This document shows, piece by piece, positions 21,768 through 29,721 of a stretch of 32,000 nucleotides of DNA (position 1 is its first letter; the number at the start of each line of letters is the position of its first letter). Source of the DNA: Nitrosospira multiformis ATCC 25196. GTDB taxonomy: Bacteria > Pseudomonadota > Gammaproteobacteria > Burkholderiales > Nitrosomonadaceae. The DNA lies in assembly GCF_000196355.1 (NCBI RefSeq), contig NC_007614.1, positions 570,001-602,000 on the forward strand, given 5' to 3'. Under the pieces are notes generated by a model, which did no database searches, was not told where the DNA came from, and saw nothing but the letters and a program-made list of their open reading frames with translations. The position numbers were made by a program, and so were the translations under genes.

Positions 21768-24557
21768 CTATGGCCCTTCTATCAAGCCGCTTCCCTGGCT
21801 ACCCGTCCTGATATACCCGGGAATGCTGCGTTGCAATACGGTCAACGGGTTCGATCCGATTTGCATCAGGCCGTTCAACTCAAGTTGCAAAAAAGCCGCT
21901 GTGGTCGATTTCTGCGTAGCAAGGGTCAAATGCTGGAGCACAAACCGCAACGACCAGCAGCAGGCATTATACTCAACTCCTGCCAGCCCTTCCAGAATTC
22001 TCTTATCCTGTAACGAGTAATTCAGGCGGGCCACCGTCTGCCATCTTTCCGACCATCGCCATTGGCTGGAAGCATCCACCTGATGCAGCACATCCCGGGT
22101 AAAACGGTAACCGAAATTCAACACGCGACCCGGCTCCGGACGATAGCTCACACCCGAGCGGACCACATCCGCTAGCAGGCGCGTCTGGTCAAACTGGAAG
22201 CTGGTGTCAGTACTGATGGTCGGTGTAAGAAAACCCGACACTGCGGCAATAAAATCAGGTCGGCGATCGATGGTTTGCGGGGTCTCCAGTGTGATCCGGC
22301 GATCGATAAAGCTTAATTGATGCCCGACCGCCAAACGCAAACGCTCCCTCCCGGTACTGGATTCCAGCAGGCGGGTCGTCAGGGCAAAAGTCACCTGGTT
22401 GGCATCATTGATACGGTCGCTCCCGCTGAAACGGTTTTCCGCCAGCATCTGGGCAAAGCTGAAATCAGTCTTGGCGGAATCGAAATTCGGCAACTGATCT
22501 TGCGCGCGGAATGGGACGTAAACATAGAACACCCGCGGTTCGAGCGTCTGCGTAAAGCTTTCTCCGCCCAGCGACATTTTGCGATCGAAGGCAAGCCCGC
22601 TGTCGAGGCTGAATATCGGCAAGGTGCGGGTGGGGTTTTCCTCGGACACGCCGGCACCCTCCCCGAGGCTGTAACGGGTGTAGTGCATCCCCACCTTGGG
22701 CGTGATGAAACCGAACGAATTGCGAAGAGGGTAGCTCATGCTTGGGAAGAGCACGGTCCTGCTGCCGTTGACGAGGGTGGGGTGGGAGAAGTTGGTCCAG
22801 CTCCCGGAAAGATTGACATCGACCCCCGTTCCGAAGACGTCCGGCTTATTCGCGTTCAATCCCACCTGGGGCAGGCGTTTGTAAGGCACGACAATTGCGG
22901 CCAGGGGATCCTGAATCGTCTGGAAGCTCTGGACAAGCGAGGTTACGTTAAATGTGCCGTCATCCCCCAGCCCGCGATTGTAAGACAGCAATCCCTGCTG
23001 CAGCAGGTTGGTGCGGGATGTGAGATTCAGGTTGTTGCCAAAGTCGCGAAAATAGGTTGCATCCGACACCCTGTTGTAATCCAGGCGAGCGGAAAAACCA
23101 GCGCCCAGATAATGATTGTGCCAGAACGACGTGCGCCACCGCGTCGTTTGCGTATCCAGGTCACGAGGCACGATGTCGGCGAGCAGATTGCTGCTCGAGT
23201 TTTGGCCCAGAAAGCGAAATTCGTTGTTGATCGCCAGGCCGCGCTTTGACATCAGGCGTGCGGAAAACGTGGCGTCATAGTTGGGGGCGATGTTCCAGTA
23301 GAAGGGTACAGCCAGTTCAAGGCCGGTCCTGCTGCCGGTACCGTAGGTCGGCGCCAGCAATCCTGATTTGCGCTCGCCGCTGTATGAGAAATTCATCCAG
23401 GGGGTATACAGTATCGGCACATCCTTGAAGGTGAGCTTCACATTTTTGGCGGTGCCCACTTTCTTGTCATTGTCGAGCTTCAGGTCGGCCACCTGGAGAA
23501 CCCAGCTGTCGTCTCCCACGGGGCACGTGGTATAACTGGCCTTCTGCAGGCGGTACTGGTTCTCGCCTTCGAACAGGAGCATGCCCGCATAACCGCGACT
23601 GCTCGCATCCTTCAGACGATAGCTGGGTTCGCTTAACTGGCCCGTTTTGCTCAGCAGATTGAATTTGAGATCGGATCCTTCCAGGATGTCACCTTCCTTT
23701 TCCACACGGACGTTGCCCTGGGCTTCGGCATCGTTGGTGCCCTGGTTGTATTTCATCCGCTCGGCGGAAATAAACTGAGGGCCGGCAGACAGTTCCGCCT
23801 TGCCTATCGCTTCGATTTCCTCCTCCACGTGGCCTTGCAAGCGATCCGCAACCACGAACACGGGGGACTGTTTGTCCGTTTCCGCTTCAGCTTCTGCCAG
23901 TTTTTGCTCGATTGCCTCGGGCTCAGTCTCGCCGGCAAGACGCAGCTTTTCGTCGCCTGCTTCTTCCCTGTGACCTCCAATGCGCTCGCCTTCTGCAAAC
24001 CCCGGTCTATCTTGGTCTGCTTCGGCCGGTGCAGGTGTCTTCGCGGGCTTCTCCCCGCGCTTTTGCGCGGATAAAGTGCGCGGTGCGGACTGGGTCCTGG
24101 TGCGCAGCCTGGGCTCTCCTTCTTCTGCGGCAGGCCCGGGAAGGCGTTCCACGCCACCCGGTAAAACCATACTTTCCGCCTTCTCCGATTCCTGGGCTGA
24201 GGTGCCTGTCCGGGAGTCGGTTTTTATCGCGGGGGATAGTGTATAGTTCTGCTGAGGCGCGGATGGCGTGTCTTTTGCGGCGGGGTCCGCTTTTTGGTTG
24301 GGTTTTTTTATCTGGTCGGTTGAAATGGTCGAGCGACTGCGCAATTCACTCTCGCTTCTGGTGCCTGACTCGTATTCATGATGGCCCCGGATGCGTTCCG
24401 TATCGATAACCACCGGTTTATCGTCACCCTCACCAGAAGGGGTTGCGCGTCCCTGCTCCGGCTTTGAAGAAAGCGGCGGCAGATCGGCACGCGCATTGCA
24501 GGCAAGGCAAAACAACAAAAACAACCAGCCAGCGGAACGGATAAAACGCAATTTCAT
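21768..24557 (-). CDS. lptD: LPS-assembly protein LptD, with unusually long charged N-terminal extension
   Basis: 929 aa; conserved core from about residue 232 (FVVADRLQGHVEEEIEAIGKAEL...AEAQGNVRVEKEGD), barrel sequence VLYTPWMNFSYSGERKSGLLAPTYGTGSRTGLELAVPFYWNIAPNYD; adjacent to surA. Confidence 0.96.
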   Translation of the reverse strand: MKLRFIRSAGWLFLLFCLACNARADLPPLSSKPEQGRATPSGEGDDKPVVIDTERIRGHHEYESGTRSESELRSRSTISTDQIKKPNQKADPAAKDTPSAPQQNYTLSPAIKTDSRTGTSAQESEKAESMVLPGGVERLPGPAAEEGEPRLRTRTQSAPRTLSAQKRGEKPAKTPAPAEADQDRPGFAEGERIGGHREEAGDEKLRLAGETEPEAIEQKLAEAEAETDKQSPVFVVADRLQGHVEEEIEAIGKAELSAGPQFISAERMKYNQGTNDAEAQGNVRVEKEGDILEGSDLKFNLLSKTGQLSEPSYRLKDASSRGYAGMLLFEGENQYRLQKASYTTCPVGDDSWVLQVADLKLDNDKKVGTAKNVKLTFKDVPILYTPWMNFSYSGERKSGLLAPTYGTGSRTGLELAVPFYWNIAPNYDATFSARLMSKRGLAINNEFRFLGQNSSSNLLADIVPRDLDTQTTRWRTSFWHNHYLGAGFSARLDYNRVSDATYFRDFGNNLNLTSRTNLLQQGLLSYNRGLGDDGTFNVTSLVQSFQTIQDPLAAIVVPYKRLPQVGLNANKPDVFGTGVDVNLSGSWTNFSHPTLVNGSRTVLFPSMSYPLRNSFGFITPKVGMHYTRYSLGEGAGVSEENPTRTLPIFSLDSGLAFDRKMSLGGESFTQTLEPRVFYVYVPFRAQDQLPNFDSAKTDFSFAQMLAENRFSGSDRINDANQVTFALTTRLLESSTGRERLRLAVGHQLSFIDRRITLETPQTIDRRPDFIAAVSGFLTPTISTDTSFQFDQTRLLADVVRSGVSYRPEPGRVLNFGYRFTRDVLHQVDASSQWRWSERWQTVARLNYSLQDKRILEGLAGVEYNACCWSLRFVLQHLTLATQKSTTAAFLQLELNGLMQIGSNPLTVLQRSIPGYIRTGSQGSGLIEGP

Positions 24558-24920
24558 GTGAAGTTCTTCAACCTGAAAACGATATCATCCGGAAATGGAT
24601 GAATGCCTATTTTCAAGCTCATAAGTCTCGCGTCACCGTATGGAAGCTGCTGTATGGAAGCATGGAGCGCGGAATAGGGGCGCCACGCATGCAAATGGAG
24701 CTGCTCCTGCGTGCAGTCCGCCGCTCAACCGGCACAGCAGGGGGCTGCAAGCAAACAAAAGCTGTAAGTGTAACAAAAAAGAGTGGCAAGCCAGCAGGGA
24801 TGAGGTTGAACGAACAATCGAAGCACGCTGACAGGATGGAACGGCTCAATTCCGGGCGGGCATATTTTAATCGCAAGCAGGCGGACGCGTAATTCATTTT
24901 ATATACATCAGGAGCAAGCT

Positions 24921-26291
24921 TTGCATATTCATATCCTTGGCATCTGCGGCACATTCATGGGAGGCATTGCGGCAATCGCACAGGAAGCGGGGCACAAGGT
25001 TACCGGTTGCGATGCAGGCGTCTATCCCCCGATGAGCACGCAATTGAAATCACGGGGTATCGAGTTGATCGAAGGATTTTCCTCGGAACAAACCAGGCTG
25101 AATCCTGACCTGTTCGTTATAGGAAACGTGGTGAGCCGCGGCAATCCCCTCATGGAAGAGATTCTTGACCGCAACCTGCCCTATATTTCCGGTCCTCAAT
25201 GGCTTTCGGAGAATGTCCTGCGGGACAAATGGGTGCTTGCGGTCGCGGGAACGCATGGTAAGACCACAACCAGTTCCATGCTGGCGTGGATTCTCGAATA
25301 TGCCGGAATGGAACCGGGATTTCTCATTGGCGGCATACCGCAGAACTTTGGAATCTCGGCCAGATTGGGGAATTCCGGTTTTTTCGTCATTGAAGCCGAT
25401 GAATACGATACGGCTTTTTTTGACAAGCGTTCCAAGTTTGTCCATTTTCATCCAAGAACAGCCATTCTCAATAACCTGGAATACGATCATGCAGATATTT
25501 TCAGGAACCTTGAGGAGATCGAGCAGCAGTTTCACCACCTCGTGCGTGTCGTTCCCGGCAAGGGTCTTATCGTCAGCAATGGCCAGGAAGAGAATCTGGA
25601 GCGGGTCTTGCGGAAGGGATGCTGGACACCCGTCGAAAGAATAGGCGTCGCCAATGGGTGGGAGGCAGACGTCCTCACGGATGGTGCAGTTGCCGTATCC
25701 TTTCTGGGGGAATCGCAGGGAACGCTGCTATGGGAATTGTTGGGAAAGCACAACCGGATGAATGCACTCGCCGCACTGGCTGCTGCTCGTCACGCCGGTG
25801 TAGCGGTAAAGGCAGGCATTGCCGCACTGGCGGAATTCAGGAATGTCAAGCGCCGCATGGAAGTAAAGGGTATAACAAGGGACATCACGGTCTATGACGA
25901 TTTTGCCCATCACCCGACAGCGATTCGGACAACGATTGACGGGCTGCGCAGCAGGGTGAAGGGGGCGCGCATCATCGCCGTGCTTGAGCCACGTTCGAAC
26001 ACCATGAAAATGGGCGTATGGAAAGAAAGTCTGGCAGACAGCCTAACAGGGGCGGACGTAGTGTTCTGCTACGCCGCCAACCTGGGCTGGGATTTGCCGC
26101 AAGCGCTGCTTCCACTGGGCGAAAAGGCGGTTGCCTTTGAAGAGCTGGATCAATTGATAGCCGCGATTACGGCATATGCCCAACCAGGCGACCATGTACT
26201 CATCATGAGCAATGCCGGTTTTGGCGGTATTCACGAAAAACTGCTCACAAGGATGGCTGCAGTTGCAGCAGACGAAGTTGCCAGCGGGTAA
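24921..26291 (+). CDS. mpl: UDP-N-acetylmuramate:L-alanyl-gamma-D-glutamyl-meso-diaminopimelate ligase (Mpl)
   Basis: 456 aa; HIHILGICGTFMGGIAAIAQEAGHKVTGCDAGVYPPMS, AVAGTHGKTTTSSMLAWILE, YDDFAHHPTAIRTTI. Start codon is TTG at 24921, preceded by AGGAG. Confidence 0.96.
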   Translation: MHIHILGICGTFMGGIAAIAQEAGHKVTGCDAGVYPPMSTQLKSRGIELIEGFSSEQTRLNPDLFVIGNVVSRGNPLMEEILDRNLPYISGPQWLSENVLRDKWVLAVAGTHGKTTTSSMLAWILEYAGMEPGFLIGGIPQNFGISARLGNSGFFVIEADEYDTAFFDKRSKFVHFHPRTAILNNLEYDHADIFRNLEEIEQQFHHLVRVVPGKGLIVSNGQEENLERVLRKGCWTPVERIGVANGWEADVLTDGAVAVSFLGESQGTLLWELLGKHNRMNALAALAAARHAGVAVKAGIAALAEFRNVKRRMEVKGITRDITVYDDFAHHPTAIRTTIDGLRSRVKGARIIAVLEPRSNTMKMGVWKESLADSLTGADVVFCYAANLGWDLPQALLPLGEKAVAFEELDQLIAAITAYAQPGDHVLIMSNAGFGGIHEKLLTRMAAVAADEVASG

Positions 26292-26350
26292 AGGTCAAGC
26301 CGCCGTCAATCAGACAGACAGATATGGCAGGACAGGAACCGGATTGACAA

Positions 26351-26869
26351 TCACCGCGGTGATTTTATCTTGCCGCAATTGGCGCTGATCCAGCGCCCCG
26401 TGGTATCCGCATGCTCATTGACGGGAGTGTTTTGCATCGTACCAGTGAACACGGTCCATCCCGAGAAACTTTCCGGCGTCGTAAACGAGCCCTCGGCTCG
26501 CCCCTTGCCCTGTAATTGGGGATTGGTGCAGACGAGGTCCATCTTGTAGTCATTCCCGGTGCGGATGGCATTTTGGATGCTGCATCCCGCTTCGTGAACG
26601 TGCAAATAGGAAGGAATCTCCTGATCCGCCATTTTCCGGGTGATGCAGATTCTGGAGGTGGCCGCTCCATTCTCGATCCGGGGTAAATCCAGTCCATATT
26701 GCTTCGCCAGCTTCGTCAGTTGCTGCATTTGTTCAGGCGGAATCCGCGGCACCAGGGCCAATAGCATCGACGTCGTCGTTATTTCCCATAAGCCGGGCCG
26801 TACGGAGGCGTCTGTCGCATGGCCGACCGAGACCACGAATAACAGTAGTGATGGAAGGATTTTTCGCAT
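26351..26869 (-). CDS. DUF3617-family periplasmic protein
   Basis: 172 aa; signal peptide, VRPGLWEITTTS..., KAEGSF-like RAEGSFTTPESFSGWTVFTG...ADTTGRWISANCG. Confidence 0.8.
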   Translation of the reverse strand: MRKILPSLLLFVVSVGHATDASVRPGLWEITTTSMLLALVPRIPPEQMQQLTKLAKQYGLDLPRIENGAATSRICITRKMADQEIPSYLHVHEAGCSIQNAIRTGNDYKMDLVCTNPQLQGKGRAEGSFTTPESFSGWTVFTGTMQNTPVNEHADTTGRWISANCGKIKSPR

Positions 26870-27024
26870 CGAATCTTTCAGACCGTTCTTCAGATATCAA
26901 CTGTCAATTATACCAGTCGCCCACAAGGGAGTTGACTCGCGGAAAGCGGAAGGTTTATGTGGCAGACCGATGTTTAGGAAATTCCGTTCCGTTATGAGAT
27001 GGGTAAAAATGCGATGAGGTTGAG

Positions 27025-27312
27025 ATGTTCCTTTACTCGGATCCGAAGTGTTGCCCGCCGCATCGCCCGGGAATTTATGCTGCAGCATCCGGACTTCCTA
27101 CTTCGGTGCAGGCCGGCCGCGAAATCTGGTACAAGGCGACCGCCCGCAACAGCCGCTTTCATATCTATGTGTTTCCCCAGCGCCTCAATGTACTTGTACT
27201 GGTCGACTGGGGTGACAAAGTGCCCATGCCGCGTCCCTCGCATCGCGGAAGGGAGGTCCCCGGATGCAGACAACGCCTCATCCATCCATTGCTTTACTAC
27301 GGGCTAAGGTAG
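27025..27312 (+). pseudogene. Possible remnant of a cytochrome-type gene
   Basis: Short ORF containing QAGREIWYKATARNSRFHIYVFPQRLNVLV, which looks like real conserved protein rather than noise; neither flank continues the similarity. Family assignment is from memory, unverified. Confidence 0.35.
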
Positions 27313-27596
27313 CAGAGTGACTGCGTGCGGAGACGGGCCGTACTCCTGGCGCGATGGAAGTGATTGCCACAGGTTATGAGAACCTGTGCCCTTGCCTCCC
27401 ATCCGCTACCCCTGCAGCACATTTCGGGGCGCCGCAACGGGGAGGAACTGGAGTCGATCGGTGAATTGCTCTCCTTGCCGGAAGGATGCGCAGAGTCATG
27501 AACGGGAATATAAGTGCGGCTCACCTTCCGCTGCCGCCGGTGTCAAATTCCGGGAGAGGGCACGACCAGGAGGAGGCGGAAGATATGGAAACCCTA

Positions 27597-29657
27597 TCAG
27601 ACCTGCATCCTTTCCGCATCCTCGCGGATCACGTCGCACGCTTTTTCGCTTATCATGTAGATGGATGAAGCGATGAAGAACCCGGGTATTTTGGGGAAAA
27701 CGGAAGCATCCACAATGCGCAGGTTCCGGGTGCCATAAACGCGAAACCGGCTGTCGACGACAGCCATGGGATCAGTGGCGGCGCCCATTTTACAAGTGCA
27801 GGAGGCATGATGTCCCCACGCCTGGTTTTTTATAAAACGTTGTATCTCTTCACGGCTCTTGACTTCCGGGCCAGGCAGAACCTCCTCCTCGATCACGTCG
27901 GAGGAGAGCCTGACGATATTGCGCACTGCTTCCACTCCGGCGACAAGTGACTCCATGTCTTCTCCAGCGTTCGTGCCTTCCGAAAAATAATGAAAGTTTA
28001 TATCCGGCACATCGCGCGGATCGGCGGACCGCAGCGTGACCCGCCCGGCTGTATTGGCGGTATGGCCCTTCAGGATGGCCCAGGTAAAGGCGTTTTCTGT
28101 CCTGGCAATGTTATTGGCATAACCCGGATAATATCCGCGGAAATCCCCGATCAGCCCGAAAATGAATAAATCGGGATCCGGGCGTTCTGGAAACGAGCGC
28201 TTCATGAGCGCGATCGTCGCACCATTGGTGGTGTAGGGCCCGACGCCCTGAAGCCACTGGCTGAACTGGGAATCAGGCGCCTCGCCCGGGGCGGGACAGC
28301 GGAGCTTCATTCCCTTGATCAGCGGGATGTTTTCCCTGAGCCGGGTAACCACGCCCAGTTCATAACGATCTTGGAGGTTTTCTCCCACCCCTGGCAAGTC
28401 TACTTTTACCGTGATGCCATGCCCCTCCAGTTCTTCCCGAGGACCGATGCCGGAGAGCTTGAGCAACTGGGGTGTATTGAATGCGCCTGCGGAAACGATC
28501 ACTTCCCGTTCGGCAAGCACGGTTTCCCCGATCCCCGGGGCTGCTGTCCCATGTCGCGGATCCGCACGGTACTGATGGGCGCCGGAAATGTACTCCACTC
28601 CATAGGCCTTGTTCTGTTCATCGAGCAGGATACGCTTCGCCAGCGCATGAGTTCTGACTTCGAGAAAATTCGGACACTGCTCGCGAACGCGCAATATGTA
28701 CTCCCGGGCTCCAGCCCGACGCCCCTGCCGGGTGGTGATCGGTATCTTGCACAAGCCTTCTGGCCTTCTCCGGATAAAACGCCAATCGTTGGGATCACCA
28801 TGGGTTTTTATCTTGAGCAAGGTCCGTTTGATCGGGTTGATAATGCCGCTGAGTGATTCCTCGAGCGCGGCTTTTGAGAGCCTCCTAAGGACTTTGTCCC
28901 TCAGCAGCATTTCCCGCTCTGCCAGATTTGTTGGAAGCCAGCCTCCGAATCCATGGCGGCTATCCGGTTCTTCAGCCCGGGTGGCATACTCGCAGCGCTC
29001 CATGCGCTTGAAGTATTTCTGCATATTTTCGCTGCGCCAGGATTCGTCGCCGGTCTTTTCGGCGATATAGTCCCAATCGCTATTGTGGGGATAGATCAAC
29101 AGCATGGCATTGTGCGCGGTACATCCCCCCAAGGTCCCCGAGCGCGGGTACAGCACGCCGTTCCGTTCCGGAATGAACTTGTCATCCCGTTTCTGCTGCT
29201 CGTCGTCCGCATAGTGACGCACAAAGAAGTCCCAGCGCAGCGCCTCGTGCTCGGAGGCGCGCGCGTGAAAGGCGGGAACGTAATATTCGCAGGGATCGTC
29301 TTCTCCCCCAGCCTCCAGCAGCAGCACGCGGAAACCCTTCAAAGCGAGGTTGCAGGCGAGCGGACCTCCGCCCGCTCCGGAACCGATGATGATGTAATCG
29401 AATTTGTTCCCGGCAGCGGAGGGACAATTCAGGTGGACAAAGGGGCGCGAGGACCCCTTCCAGAGAAGGGTAGAGCAACTGGCAAGAAAGGTGCTTGCGC
29501 CGGATACCAGCAGGGCGGTGAGCTTGACAAAACGGCGTCGGGAGATCAAGGCGAAATCAATCGTATTTTTCTGCGGAGAGTCGCGAAAATGATTATAAAG
29601 GAAAAGTTTCCGCCGGTTTGGCTGCAACTTCCCTTCGGTTTGGCCTCCGTTTTGCAA
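27597..29657 (-). CDS. GMC-type FAD-dependent oxidoreductase with Tat-like signal
   Basis: ORF 686 aa; SRRRFVKLTALLVSGASTFLASC (Tat-like), FDYIIIGSGAGGGPLACNLALKGFRVLLLEAGGED (FAD), VSAGAFNTPQLLKLSGIG, C-terminal NLRIVDASVFPKIPGFFIASSIYMISEKACDVI. Exact start uncertain (no ATG near the signal; TTG starts possible). Confidence 0.9.
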   Translation of the reverse strand: MQNGGQTEGKLQPNRRKLFLYNHFRDSPQKNTIDFALISRRRFVKLTALLVSGASTFLASCSTLLWKGSSRPFVHLNCPSAAGNKFDYIIIGSGAGGGPLACNLALKGFRVLLLEAGGEDDPCEYYVPAFHARASEHEALRWDFFVRHYADDEQQKRDDKFIPERNGVLYPRSGTLGGCTAHNAMLLIYPHNSDWDYIAEKTGDESWRSENMQKYFKRMERCEYATRAEEPDSRHGFGGWLPTNLAEREMLLRDKVLRRLSKAALEESLSGIINPIKRTLLKIKTHGDPNDWRFIRRRPEGLCKIPITTRQGRRAGAREYILRVREQCPNFLEVRTHALAKRILLDEQNKAYGVEYISGAHQYRADPRHGTAAPGIGETVLAEREVIVSAGAFNTPQLLKLSGIGPREELEGHGITVKVDLPGVGENLQDRYELGVVTRLRENIPLIKGMKLRCPAPGEAPDSQFSQWLQGVGPYTTNGATIALMKRSFPERPDPDLFIFGLIGDFRGYYPGYANNIARTENAFTWAILKGHTANTAGRVTLRSADPRDVPDINFHYFSEGTNAGEDMESLVAGVEAVRNIVRLSSDVIEEEVLPGPEVKSREEIQRFIKNQAWGHHASCTCKMGAATDPMAVVDSRFRVYGTRNLRIVDASVFPKIPGFFIASSIYMISEKACDVIREDAERMQV

Positions 29658-29666
29658 TAAGAACTC

Positions 29667-29693
29667 GCACCGCTCCCCTCGGTGGAGCGGTGC
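29667..29693. promoter_or_regulatory. Perfect 10-bp stem-loop between the di-heme cytochrome and GMC genes
   Basis: GCACCGCTCC - CCTCGGT - GGAGCGGTGC, 10/10 match, 7-nt loop, 29 bp beyond the end of the upstream ORF (29722). Confidence 0.55.
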
Positions 29694-29721
29694 TTCTGGT
29701 GGTGATCCCTCACGCGGCGCG

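Noticed and set aside
28953-29660. 235-aa plus-strand ORF
   Set aside because: Antisense to the GMC oxidoreductase; no independent support.
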